DNA from: Deltaproteobacteria bacterium
Lineage (GTDB): Bacteria; Myxococcota_A; Polyangia; Fen-1088
Assembly (NCBI GenBank): GCA_033763315.1
Contig: JANRKS010000019.1
Coordinates: 224,001-288,000, forward strand
Length of the DNA stretch: 64,000 bases
Direction of reading: 5' to 3'
In this document: positions 54,831-64,000 of the stretch, one piece after another
Layout: every line of letters begins with the position of its first letter
How positions within the stretch are numbered: position 1 is the first letter of the stretch
The notes under the pieces: generated by a model
What the model saw: only the letters and a program-made list of their open reading frames with translations
What the model was told of the DNA's origin: nothing
Database searches by the model: none
Made by a program: the position numbers and the translations under genes

Positions 54831-56642
54831 CTAGAGATCGTCGAAGCTGTCAGGCTTGTCGGGCTTATAGAGATCTTTCTCGCGATCGAAAAAGTCCTTC
54901 TCCAAAGCATCGAATTCGCCCGTTCTGGTTTTTGCGGCAAACGGATTGCTTTGCGGGCCCGTCTTGCTGCGAGCCGCGACTGGGGCGTTGGCCGAAGCCG
55001 CCAAGGGAATCGGGGTGCCGCGCGGGTTTGCCATGACCGGCGGCGCGGCAACGGGCGCCGGAGCGGGCGGTTCAAGCTCGGCCATCAGAGACGGATCAAG
55101 TTCAATGGAACCCGTGGGTCGTGAGGCCGCGGTCTTTGCCGCGCGGGGGGCCGTGGGGATTTCCAGCAAACCCGTGGTGCGGGGTGCGGGCGCTGCAATG
55201 ACATTGATTGGCGCTGCTGCCGGGTCGGGTCGGGCAGCGGCGACGGGCCCGGGCGTTGTGGTGGCGGCCATCTGGGGCCGTGCAGGGGCTGCCGCTTCTA
55301 GGGCCGCCATCTCTTCCAGGTACTCGGGCGGCAAGTCGATCACCATCGAGGGGCGCGGCTTTACCGCTTTGTCTTCCGTGGACGACTTGGCCAACATTTC
55401 ACCGCGCGTGACCCGACCGGCTTCAGCGACTTCCGGGCGCTTGCCGACCGCCGTGGCTGCTGCAGCCATTGTGACCGTGCCGTTGGCGACGGGCGCGATA
55501 GGAGAGGCGGGTGAGGGCAGCGGGCCGGTGCTGCCGCTTTGGTACGAGACGGCCGGCGGGGCGTTTTGCACAGTGGGCACGGTGGCTTGCACCGGGGCCG
55601 CTGCGACCGGCGCTTGCGACAACGCTTCTAGATGAGCGGCCGCCAATACAGCCGCGTCGATGCGTTCGCGGTCCGATTCGCCTTTGAGCCAAGATTCCAT
55701 CAGCGGGCTGGCCGCGGACGTGGAGACGGCGGGGCGGGATTCCACGCCCTCTTTGCGCCGAATGGTTTGGGTGTCGACGAAGCGAGCGATGATCTTCAAT
55801 GTGTCGAACACGCGGAATGGACTTTCATCCAAGACGTCGCTGATGGATCGTTGACCGTCAAACAGACGCAGAACGGGGGCTACCTCGGAGGCAACTTCAA
55901 CCGCGGGTGACGGCACCGGTTCGTAGACCGTTTGTGCGGATCCCAGCGCGCGGGCCGTGTGCGCGAAGTCGCGTAGGAAGCGTTCAACATCTTCCATCAG
56001 GGCTGGGCCTTTGCTGTTGAACTGGCCTCGGGCCGTGACGGCTTTGAATCGCACGTCGAGAGCGGCTTCCTCCCACAGCAAGAGCTGGTTCAAGGCTGGC
56101 GCGCCCGTGATGGTTCCGACCTGGGCTGTGCGCAGTTCGCCTTTGCAGATCTTCATCTCGCCTTTGCGGTTGGCCCGTTCCATCTGAACCACGGCCGACT
56201 GCTTGAGCGTTAAAAGCGTACGCAGCAAAAAGAACAAGCCGTATTCGGAGAGGGCACCTTGCACTGTGGGTTCTTTGCCGTCGCGGCGGGTGGCCGCGCG
56301 CAATCGGGTTGCGGTGATGACATCCCGCAGGTAGGCCGGCACGGGTAAAAAGTCCACATTGGGTTGGTTGACGCTGGCGCGGCGGTGCTCCTCGCTTCCA
56401 AGCGCAACCACGGGCAGCCGGCTGCCGGTTGATAGCCCCTCGAGAACGAAGCGACTGGCCTCAGGGCTTTGGCGAAGCGTTACCACCACGACCTCAGGAC
56501 GTTCGGCTTGCAGCTGCGCGAGGGCCTCGTCGTTCGAGGCGGCCGTCGAAACGCGCACCCCCTCTCGCTCAAAGCCAAAGGCCATCGCCGCAAGACCTTG
56601 AGGGTCGCTATCAATCAAAAGGACGTGAGATAGACGGGCCAT
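54831..56642 (-). CDS. pseudo-receiver + DUF4388 (PatA_N-like) domain protein with long Pro/Ala linker
   Basis: VLLIDSD receiver start with RPEVVVVTL (no phospho-Asp), QGALSEYGLFFLL..ALNQLLLWEEA and LRLFDGQRSISDV. Confidence 0.75.
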   Translation of the reverse strand: MARLSHVLLIDSDPQGLAAMAFGFEREGVRVSTAASNDEALAQLQAERPEVVVVTLRQSPEASRFVLEGLSTGSRLPVVALGSEEHRRASVNQPNVDFLPVPAYLRDVITATRLRAATRRDGKEPTVQGALSEYGLFFLLRTLLTLKQSAVVQMERANRKGEMKICKGELRTAQVGTITGAPALNQLLLWEEAALDVRFKAVTARGQFNSKGPALMEDVERFLRDFAHTARALGSAQTVYEPVPSPAVEVASEVAPVLRLFDGQRSISDVLDESPFRVFDTLKIIARFVDTQTIRRKEGVESRPAVSTSAASPLMESWLKGESDRERIDAAVLAAAHLEALSQAPVAAAPVQATVPTVQNAPPAVSYQSGSTGPLPSPASPIAPVANGTVTMAAAATAVGKRPEVAEAGRVTRGEMLAKSSTEDKAVKPRPSMVIDLPPEYLEEMAALEAAAPARPQMAATTTPGPVAAARPDPAAAPINVIAAPAPRTTGLLEIPTAPRAAKTAASRPTGSIELDPSLMAELEPPAPAPVAAPPVMANPRGTPIPLAASANAPVAARSKTGPQSNPFAAKTRTGEFDALEKDFFDREKDLYKPDKPDSFDDL

Positions 56643-56888
56643 TTTTTCTTAAAGGAAGTCGAAGAGTATAGGGCAGATGCCCCAAATCGCACAGCAAAGT
56701 TGGGGTAAGTACGTGTGGTATCGCATGCGTAAAATGTTGAGGGAGGCGAAACGGGTCCGTGGCCCGACCTTGGGGGGGCCAAGGGCGGCGATAACGGGGG
56801 GGCAAGGGTAACCTCACTGTGACGCCGACTTGGTTGGTGACCATTGCGGGTTGCTTGTCATCAAACTTTCCTAAACCGAACAAGTGCA

Positions 56889-58271
56889 ATGCTGGTACAA
56901 CCCTCGTCCTTCACCGTGTCTGACTTTCTGGCTGAGCCCGTCACATCATTCGTTCAACTGGTCCGCTACTTTGAGCGGCAGACGAAGCCGTCGTCGCACT
57001 GGCGGATTGGTTTAGAGCACGAAAAGATCGCCGTTCGACACGACGGCTCCCCCGTGCCGTTCGACGGGCCGCAAGGGCTTTGGGCTCTGTTGATGAAATT
57101 GGAACGCTTGGGCTTTTCGGCCCGCCTTGAGAACGGGCACCCCGTTGCGCTGTGGCGGGACACGGACAACGTGACTTTGGAGCCAGGGGGCCAGGTTGAG
57201 ATGTCCGCGGGCCCCGCCGCCAGCATGACCCAGGCCGCCCAAGCGATGCGCAGCCATTTGGTGGAACTGCGGAGCCTGGCCACAGATTTGGATATCCGTT
57301 TCATCGCCGCGGGCTTTCGACCCTTCGGAACGCTTGACGATGTGCCGTGGCAGCCGAAGCGCCGTTACGAAATTATGCGGACCTTCTTACCGGAGCAGGG
57401 GCGCGATGGCAGCCTGGCCCCGGAAATGATGAAGCGGACGGCCACGGTGCAGTTCAACTTCGACTTTTCGGATGAAACCGACGCTGCCCAACGCATGCGT
57501 ATGGGTTTTGGGGTCACGCCGTTGGTCACGGCGCTTTCGGCCGCGTCGCCCCTGGTGCAGGGCAAGCCAAGCGGCTACATGACATACCGAGCGGCGATCT
57601 GGCTGCAGACCGATGAAAACCGCTGTGGTTTGCTGCCCGCGGCGTTCCGCGACGATTTTTCCTTCGCCGCTTATGCGGAGTGGGCGCTGGATATTCCGAT
57701 GTTCTTCGTGGTGCGCGGTGACGTCTACCTGACGTTCGATAAGCCCACCACGTTCCGCGAGTTTTGGCGTCAGGGGATCGATGACGGCAAAGTGGTTCAT
57801 CGCGCCACTTTGGCCGACTGGGAAATGCACCTGTCCACTGTGTTTCCGGAAGTGCGGCTAAAGCGAACGGTTGAGATGCGTGGCGCGGACGCGGCACCTT
57901 TGCCGGTGGCGTTTGGCCTGGGGGCGCTGTGGCGCGGGCTGGTGGATGATCCCGAGGCACGTGAGGCCGCTTGGCAGCTGGTGTCGTATGCAACGCCCGA
58001 AGAGCGCGAAGCCACCCGCCGCCAAGTGCCGAAGATGGCCCTCGAGGCCAATCTTGGTCGACACAAGCTGGGTGACTTGGCGCCCGAACTTGTGGCGATT
58101 GCTAAACAAGGTCTGCTGAGGCTGAACGGAGGTGACGCGGATGCGCGCCTTTTGGAGCCGCTCGAACAGCTGGCTGCGGAGCGCCGTTGTCCAGCGATGG
58201 CCATGTTGGAAGACTACGAACGCTTCAACGGCGACCCGGCGAAATTAATCGCGGCGTGGGAACACCAATAA
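56889..58271 (+). CDS. gshA: glutamate--cysteine ligase (GCS2/plant-like)
   Basis: RIGLEHEK, TLEPGGQVE, PKRRYEIM, MMKRTATVQFNFD and HLSTVFPEVRLK..EMRGAD. Confidence 0.93.
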   Translation: MLVQPSSFTVSDFLAEPVTSFVQLVRYFERQTKPSSHWRIGLEHEKIAVRHDGSPVPFDGPQGLWALLMKLERLGFSARLENGHPVALWRDTDNVTLEPGGQVEMSAGPAASMTQAAQAMRSHLVELRSLATDLDIRFIAAGFRPFGTLDDVPWQPKRRYEIMRTFLPEQGRDGSLAPEMMKRTATVQFNFDFSDETDAAQRMRMGFGVTPLVTALSAASPLVQGKPSGYMTYRAAIWLQTDENRCGLLPAAFRDDFSFAAYAEWALDIPMFFVVRGDVYLTFDKPTTFREFWRQGIDDGKVVHRATLADWEMHLSTVFPEVRLKRTVEMRGADAAPLPVAFGLGALWRGLVDDPEAREAAWQLVSYATPEEREATRRQVPKMALEANLGRHKLGDLAPELVAIAKQGLLRLNGGDADARLLEPLEQLAAERRCPAMAMLEDYERFNGDPAKLIAAWEHQ

Positions 58272-58316
58272 GGCGAATCACAGACGCCCAAGGTGGCCCG
58301 GATAGAAGCGAAGTTG

Positions 58317-58388
58317 AGGTGCCGCCCGGATTTGAACCGGGGAATGAGGGTTTTGCAGACCCTTGCCTTACCACTTGGCCACGGCACC
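58317..58388 (-). tRNA. tRNA-Cys(GCA), CCA not encoded
   Basis: GGTGCCG acceptor stem pairing with CGGCACC, D-loop AAGTGGTAA, anticodon arm AGGGT-CTGCAAA-ACCCT, TTCAAAT T-loop, discriminator U. Confidence 0.96.
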
Positions 58389-58446
58389 GCCCGAAAAGGG
58401 AATACGGGTGTACCACAAAGACAGTGCGTCGTCACCAGTTCACGGA

Positions 58447-60822
58447 CTAGATCGATTGGCCAGTTGATCGTTCGCTTTCTTTGGGGGTGGTCAACGCCCC
58501 TTGGCGCAAGTATTGGGACGCCATTTCGTATTCAAAGAACGACACCATATTGGTTTGAAGAACCTGTAACCACAGGGCATGGGCCTCGTCTTCCTTGCCG
58601 TCGCCCAAGAGGCGCATGGCTTGATAGAAATAAAGCTCCGCCTTGCGACCGGGGGTCGAGGCTTCCGCGGCCAACGCTTCGTAGGAAAGCTCGCCGAGCG
58701 CGAAGCGAGCCAAGCGTGCGTACCACATAGCGGTGCGCGACGGACGTAGCAACAGCGTTCGGTGCGCGATGAAGCCCAAATAAGCCTGCGCCGACGGATC
58801 GGGCGCGCGTCCGCTGCGACGGCTGAGATCGGCCAGCCACAGCGACGCGTAGACCTTAACGTATTCCGACACTGAATCGCCTCCCTTCGAAAGCGCGCGG
58901 CGGAAGACGTCGATGGCAGCGTCGAGCTCACCTCGCTGCACGAGGAAGGCGAGGGCATCGCTGTAAGTTTGATCGCGCGATTCATCTACCTCCACCGCCT
59001 CCGAAAACTTTTGCAAGGCCTCTTCGCGGCGACCCATGAGGTAGTAAAGGCGAGCGACCTCCACAGTGGCTTCAGCCGCGGGACCACGGCGACGGTTGCG
59101 CATGTGATCGATCATCAAGCGGTCCCAACCCAGCAGGGCCGTGCGGTAGGCTTTTTGTGCGTCGCCATCGCGGCCCGCCACGTCCAGCGCTTGCCCCAAA
59201 GCGCGCGCCAGCTTCGAATGGCTTTCAACGTACCCAATGGTCTCTTGTGGGGGATCCTCGGGTTGGTGGCGTTCGAGGCCTTCGTGCAACACACGAACGG
59301 CGTCAGCAGCGTTGCCCTTTTTGAGCAAGAGGTTGCCGAACGCCAGCGTGGTGTCGACTTCGGCGTTTGGCTCTTGGGTGGCCTTCGCCAATATCGGCTC
59401 GGCTTTGGCGGTGAGGCCGGCGTCCACAAAGTTGCGCGCGAGCTCAAGCTCCACAGGTTTATCCGACAACCATTCGGCGGATTGCCCAAACTGTTGCCGG
59501 GCCTGCGCCATGCGGCCTCGCAAAGCTTCGGCATTCTTCAACGCAGGCCGTACGTCTTCTGGATCCATGCGCGCGCGGAAGAGCGCAAATTGCAGCTCGA
59601 CCGTTTCTTTGGCGAGGCCTTCCAAATCTTCCTTGGCTGCGTTCTGCGTGCGCATCAGAGGTTCGGCCTCTTCAAGCAGCTCAAGCGCCAGCAAAGGCGA
59701 TCCCACCAGGCGGCTCACGCGCGATTGCAGCACCAACAGTTCGACGCTTTGGGGATGAAAGCGCAGGCCAAGTTCGAGCACCCGAAAGGCCGCCCAGGCA
59801 TCCACACGGTCTGAAGAGGTGCCGCCCAACAAGGGTAGCTTGGGAAGGAACCGGCGCGCGAGGGCTGCGAAGTTGATCGGCGCGGGCTTGCTGGTTTTTG
59901 CGACTGCCTTGAGTAAGGTGCGCAAATCGGCGTCATCGCCTGGGCGGCCCGCGAGGGGGTCAATCGCCGTGAGGGCGCCGGATACGTCGGACGAGCGCAG
60001 ATAAACCGCCGCAACGCTGGGGGCGAGCGTGGTGACGCTGTCGGCGTCTTCAATCATCTCTTCGCCGAACATTCCGGCGTGAGCGCCTCCACCCAAGGGT
60101 CGGCGTAGGCGGCCGGTCAACTGGTCGTGCCGATCGACCAACGTCTTTGCCAGGCGTTGTGTGAGCGCGGGGCTTGGCCAACGCCAGGCGACGTCTTCAA
60201 GCAAGCGGCGTGGCGATGGCGGCGCTTCAAGTTGCGAGTTGCCTGCGGCGATCTCTTTGCCATTTTCTGCCCACGCCAACACGTCCTGTAACTCTTGGGT
60301 CCATCGTTTGGAATCAGGTTCAAGGACGGCGAGCACAGCCACAGCCAAGGCTGACTCTGCCTCGGCGCCTTGCGCACCAAACAACGTGCGAACCAGGTTT
60401 GCCGCGTGCAGGAGCCGCTTGTGATCGAGGGCGGCCAGGTTCAAAGGCTGCGACAGCTCTACAGGGTGAAACAACGTGGCTGCGTCTTGAAAGCTGCTGC
60501 GCACGAGTTTGTCGTACTCAGCATTGACCAAACCCACGCCGCCGTCGCGCAGGCTCTCGGGGGTGATCTTTTCGAGGGGGGCCAGCAAATAGGCGAGCAA
60601 GCGCGATCGCAAGGCTTGCCGCTCTGGTGCATAGACGGGCAGGGCCTGAAACGTTAGCCGCGCTTCCAAAAACTCCTCTTCGACGCGCGGCTGTGGCGTT
60701 TCGTTGGCCAGCTTCGCGTAGTTTTGCGCAACGTTCGAGAGCGGCGGTTTGGGAGCGACTTGGTGATGAGCACAGGCTGTGAAGATGACGGCCAAGGCCA
60801 ACACCGGAGCCAGCCGCCCCAT
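58447..60822 (-). CDS. large TPR-repeat lipoprotein
   Basis: FTAC lipobox, multiple TPR-like units (GRREEALQKFSEAV, GELDAAIDVFRRAL), NlpI-like C-terminus (AELYFY..FFEYEMA). Confidence 0.8.
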   Translation of the reverse strand: MGRLAPVLALAVIFTACAHHQVAPKPPLSNVAQNYAKLANETPQPRVEEEFLEARLTFQALPVYAPERQALRSRLLAYLLAPLEKITPESLRDGGVGLVNAEYDKLVRSSFQDAATLFHPVELSQPLNLAALDHKRLLHAANLVRTLFGAQGAEAESALAVAVLAVLEPDSKRWTQELQDVLAWAENGKEIAAGNSQLEAPPSPRRLLEDVAWRWPSPALTQRLAKTLVDRHDQLTGRLRRPLGGGAHAGMFGEEMIEDADSVTTLAPSVAAVYLRSSDVSGALTAIDPLAGRPGDDADLRTLLKAVAKTSKPAPINFAALARRFLPKLPLLGGTSSDRVDAWAAFRVLELGLRFHPQSVELLVLQSRVSRLVGSPLLALELLEEAEPLMRTQNAAKEDLEGLAKETVELQFALFRARMDPEDVRPALKNAEALRGRMAQARQQFGQSAEWLSDKPVELELARNFVDAGLTAKAEPILAKATQEPNAEVDTTLAFGNLLLKKGNAADAVRVLHEGLERHQPEDPPQETIGYVESHSKLARALGQALDVAGRDGDAQKAYRTALLGWDRLMIDHMRNRRRGPAAEATVEVARLYYLMGRREEALQKFSEAVEVDESRDQTYSDALAFLVQRGELDAAIDVFRRALSKGGDSVSEYVKVYASLWLADLSRRSGRAPDPSAQAYLGFIAHRTLLLRPSRTAMWYARLARFALGELSYEALAAEASTPGRKAELYFYQAMRLLGDGKEDEAHALWLQVLQTNMVSFFEYEMASQYLRQGALTTPKESERSTGQSI

Positions 60823-60948
60823 TCCGGTGCACAACCGGCTGATTTGCATCTCGGGAGTTTACCAGCGATTCGCGCAGGCGCGCTGGCGGCCGGGCCTCCC
60901 GCGGGCGAAGATGGACGAAAAGGCGAAAAAATCGTCGTAGGAGCCTGC

Positions 60949-61731
60949 ATGAACACGACTTCGGGTCAGCCATCCGCTTTTGCGTCTCGTACCTCTGGCG
61001 ATATAGATGCCAAGACGCGCATTTACGGCCACCGGGGTGCAAGCGCTTGTGAGCCCGAGAATAGCTTGCCGGCGTTCGCACGTGCGCGGTCAGACGGCGC
61101 TGACGGCGTTGAGCTTGACGTGCGGTTGTGTGCGAGCGGCGAGTTGTTTGTGTTCCACGATAAGGATCTGCGCCGCTTGGCTGGCCGCCCGGAACGTTTC
61201 GATGCCTTGGACTATGGGCAGGTGCGATCGCTTACGTTGAGCTCGGGCGTGGGTGTGCCTTCACTGCCCGAAGTGTTCGAGGCTGTGGGGCCCGACATGT
61301 TTGTGAACGTTGAACTCAAGACGGACGCGTTGGCGTCGCGCGCGTTGCCGCGCCTTGTGGCGGCCGTGGCCAAGACGCTGGGTGGCGTGCCTCGTCCCGA
61401 ACGGGTGATTTTGTCATCGTTCAACCCCTTGGCTGTGCTTGCGTCGGCGGTGGCGATGCCACGGATCGCGCGCGGCTTGCTGTTTGAATCTGATGGTCCC
61501 TTGTGGGCGCGGGGGCAAGCGTTGATTCCGGTGATGCCGTTGCAGGCCGTTCACCCGCAGAACCATCTGTGCACGGCGGCCGCGGTGGCAATGTGGAAGG
61601 CACGGGGCCTGGCCATAAACGTGTGGACGGTGGACGATCCCCAGCGCCAGCGTGAACTGGTGGCGTTGGGCGTGGATGGGATCATCACCAACAACCCAGC
61701 GGCCGCACGGGCCAACCTCAGTGGGTTGTAA
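60949..61731 (+). CDS. glycerophosphodiester phosphodiesterase
   Basis: YGHRGAS..PENS, ELDV, VFHD, NVELK, WTVD and GVDGIITN. Confidence 0.94.
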   Translation: MNTTSGQPSAFASRTSGDIDAKTRIYGHRGASACEPENSLPAFARARSDGADGVELDVRLCASGELFVFHDKDLRRLAGRPERFDALDYGQVRSLTLSSGVGVPSLPEVFEAVGPDMFVNVELKTDALASRALPRLVAAVAKTLGGVPRPERVILSSFNPLAVLASAVAMPRIARGLLFESDGPLWARGQALIPVMPLQAVHPQNHLCTAAAVAMWKARGLAINVWTVDDPQRQRELVALGVDGIITNNPAAARANLSGL

Positions 61732-63139
61732 ACGGCGTCACGTCGATCGCGGTGGATTTAATGCCCGCGGCTTGCAGCTTTGGCAGCAACACAGACGCCG
61801 TGGCCACCATCGTGATGGCTAGATCTTTGGGATGAAGGTGTTTCGCGAGGGCGGCGCGCACCTCATCGGGCGTCGTGGCTTTGACCTTGTCCGGGAACGT
61901 GTCGATGAAGTCGCGCGGCAGGCCTGCGATCTCGCCCGCGATCCGTCGGCCCAAGCGCGCGCCGGGCGTATCCAAATCGGCCGCATAGGATCCCGCCAAA
62001 AACTTTTGAAAGAAGCTGACGTCTGCGTCGGCCAGGGGCTTTTTGAGCAACTGCCCATAAAGGCGCAGCACAAGCTTGAGTGTATCAACCGCGTTTTCCA
62101 CACCGGTGAACACCCAGCCGCGCAACACGGTCAGCGAGGGGTGGGGCACGGCGTTCATATAAGCACCATAGGCCCAGCCTCGTTTGGTCCGCACTTCGTT
62201 CATCAACGTGGCGTTCATCGCATGGCCGCCAAAGCGTGACAGGCCGATGAGCAGCGGGATGTAATCTGGATCCGAAGGCGGCATGGCCAAGTGGCCGAAC
62301 ATGATCTGCACCTGCTGCCGCTCAGGCTTATCCACCAACAAAATCCGCCAGCCTTCGGGGGGCAGCGCGCGCGGCTCTCGCAGCGTTTGATCGCGCCCCG
62401 GCACAAGCGTGGAAAATCGTTTGTGAATGGCGGCCGCAAAAGCGGTGGCGCTGATATCGCCTGAGGCGCCGAATATCAGGTTCTTGCCAACGAATTGCTC
62501 GCGAAAATGCCGATTCAGCTGCGAAGGCTGAATGCGCGACACGCTGGCCTCGCTGCCATCGGGCGCTTGCCCATAGGGGTGCCGCCCAAACAACCGCAGC
62601 GAGAAGTTGCGATCGCACAACGTGCGATCGTCGTTGCGCGATTCTGAAATGATGGCCTTGATCTCGCGACGCGAGCGCTCCATCTCGGCGGATGCGAACG
62701 TGGGGCGCAAGATCACGTCGGCCAATAGATCCATGAATGCATCGAAATTCTTGGCCAACACGCGGCCGACGAAGCGGGTGCTGTCCGCGTCCACGATGGC
62801 GTCCAAACTGGCGCCCAAATCGTCGAGGCGGTTATCGATTTCTGTGCGATCTTTGCCGGCCGCGCCTCGGCGTGCCACTTCCGCTGCCAAATTGGAGAGG
62901 CCTTCCAGCTTTTCAGGGTCAGAAGCGCTGCCACTGCGTGCGGCCACCACAACCGATATCACCGGTAAAGTGTGGTTTTCTTCCACCAGCAACAAAGATC
63001 CCGCGGGACCTTCAGCGAAGTTGGTTTGATTTGAAGGGGCGGCTGAGGTTTGTGCGAACGAATCAGACATACGAGTTCCCATCAAGACGAGGGCGATGGC
63101 ACATGACCAAGCAAGACGTTTGTGAACGACCCCCATCAT
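61718..63139 (-). CDS. M16 (pitrilysin) family peptidase, non-catalytic subunit
   Basis: M16 fold motifs (GSASDP..GLSNL, HPYG, EVRTKRGWAY); HXXEH absent. Confidence 0.88.
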   Translation of the reverse strand: MMGVVHKRLAWSCAIALVLMGTRMSDSFAQTSAAPSNQTNFAEGPAGSLLLVEENHTLPVISVVVAARSGSASDPEKLEGLSNLAAEVARRGAAGKDRTEIDNRLDDLGASLDAIVDADSTRFVGRVLAKNFDAFMDLLADVILRPTFASAEMERSRREIKAIISESRNDDRTLCDRNFSLRLFGRHPYGQAPDGSEASVSRIQPSQLNRHFREQFVGKNLIFGASGDISATAFAAAIHKRFSTLVPGRDQTLREPRALPPEGWRILLVDKPERQQVQIMFGHLAMPPSDPDYIPLLIGLSRFGGHAMNATLMNEVRTKRGWAYGAYMNAVPHPSLTVLRGWVFTGVENAVDTLKLVLRLYGQLLKKPLADADVSFFQKFLAGSYAADLDTPGARLGRRIAGEIAGLPRDFIDTFPDKVKATTPDEVRAALAKHLHPKDLAITMVATASVLLPKLQAAGIKSTAIDVTPFTTH

Positions 63140-64000
63140 TGCGTTTTTGTGGGCGTGGCAACGGCCACGACTGCGGGGCGCGACAGGAGGTATGTGTTGG
63201 CCACGCGCATGACATCATCTGCGGTGACGCGCTCGTATTGTTCGGCGCGTGAGAAAAGGGTTTTGAAGCTGCCGCTGCCGATTTCATACATGCCAAGCTG
63301 TTCCGCCCGGCCTTCGCTGCCGGCCAATCCCGTCCAAAAGTCCATCTGAAGCTTGTTTTTGGCGCGGGCCAGTTCATCGGCAGGCACGGGCTTTGTGGCG
63401 AGCTCTTTGATGAGTTTGGCGATAACGGCTTCGCCAGCGGCTGCGTTGTGGCCCTTGCGCATCTGCACCCAGAACACATAGAGGCCGTTTTCGCGCGTGG
63501 GGCCCACTTGGCAATCAGCGGAAGAAGCCATCTCGCCATCCACCACCATCGCCCGGTTCAACCGCGACGAAGGACCGGTGCTCAAGATGGCGTCAAGCAC
63601 GTCGAACGCGGGCCGATCGGCGTGACCCAAGGCGGGCGCACCTAAGGCCAAGGCAAATTTGTCGGCGGGCACCGGCCATTCGATCACATCGCGATGCGCG
63701 GCCACGGGCGCCTGTTCAGTCACGGCCGCCGGCGGCTGGATCGGGGACGGGGAAAGCGCGCCGTAACGCTGCACCACGGTGTCCAATGCGGCCTGTGGAT
63801 CGAACTTACCCGCCACGATGATCACCGCGTTGTTAGGTGCATAGTGCGTTTTGTAAAAACGTTGCACGGCTTTTTGCGAAACCTTCTTGATGTGATCCAT
63901 GTAGCCGATCACGGGCCAACGGTAAGGATGGGTTCGGTAAGCTGCGGCGGTGATCAGTTCATCCAAACGGCCATCCACACTGTCTTCCACCGTGGCGAGA
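63136..64000 (-). CDS. M16 family peptidase (5' part beyond the window)
   Basis: HPYRWPVIG, FYKTHYAPNNA and GPSSRL. ATGA-coupled to the partner subunit. Confidence 0.9.
   Translation of the reverse strand, partial: LATVEDSVDGRLDELITAAAYRTHPYRWPVIGYMDHIKKVSQKAVQRFYKTHYAPNNAVIIVAGKFDPQAALDTVVQRYGALSPSPIQPPAAVTEQAPVAAHRDVIEWPVPADKFALALGAPALGHADRPAFDVLDAILSTGPSSRLNRAMVVDGEMASSADCQVGPTRENGLYVFWVQMRKGHNAAAGEAVIAKLIKELATKPVPADELARAKNKLQMDFWTGLAGSEGRAEQLGMYEIGSGSFKTLFSRAEQYERVTADDVMRVANTYLLSRPAVVAVATPTKTQ

Noticed and set aside
58272-58446. tRNA-Cys as an integration site
   Set aside because: No integrase, no duplicated tRNA 3' end seen, and housekeeping-type genes on both sides.

Overview
This is a GC-rich, gene-dense chromosomal window from a myxobacterium (Myxococcota). 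The taxonomic call is an inference from the gene content: a GltJ/AgmX-type gliding protein, a TIGR02266-type PilZ protein, a TraB-like TSP3-OmpA protein, a Cys-rich lipoprotein and a Myxococcus-type LexA box. Most of the window is core or housekeeping: asd, ino1, rpsB-tsf-pyrH-frr, dnaG-rpoD, parA-parB, serC-serA-hisZ-purA, pyrE, gshA, tRNA-Cys and an M16 peptidase pair. It also holds an amine/amino-acid catabolic operon (ALDH, two class-III aminotransferases, CoA-transferase A/B), an SOS imuA-imuB cassette without dnaE2, and a lower-GC GH16/SGNH pair. The strongest candidate for an undescribed system is a tightly coupled four-gene operon at 16550-20686 (-). It encodes a MotA-like stator subunit with a ~640-residue helical cytoplasmic tail and a MotB-like partner, which is a ZorAB-like architecture. 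Two small unknown helical proteins flank them in place of the known Zorya effectors, and a perfect DnaA box lies upstream. Secondary signals are an ENSVLFSL motif shared by GltJ and an uncharacterised bitopic coiled-coil protein, a four-copy repeat element in the ino1 leader, and recurrent leaderless-type promoters. I saw no CRISPR array, integrase, transposase or rRNA. All calls come from motif reading only; no searches were run.
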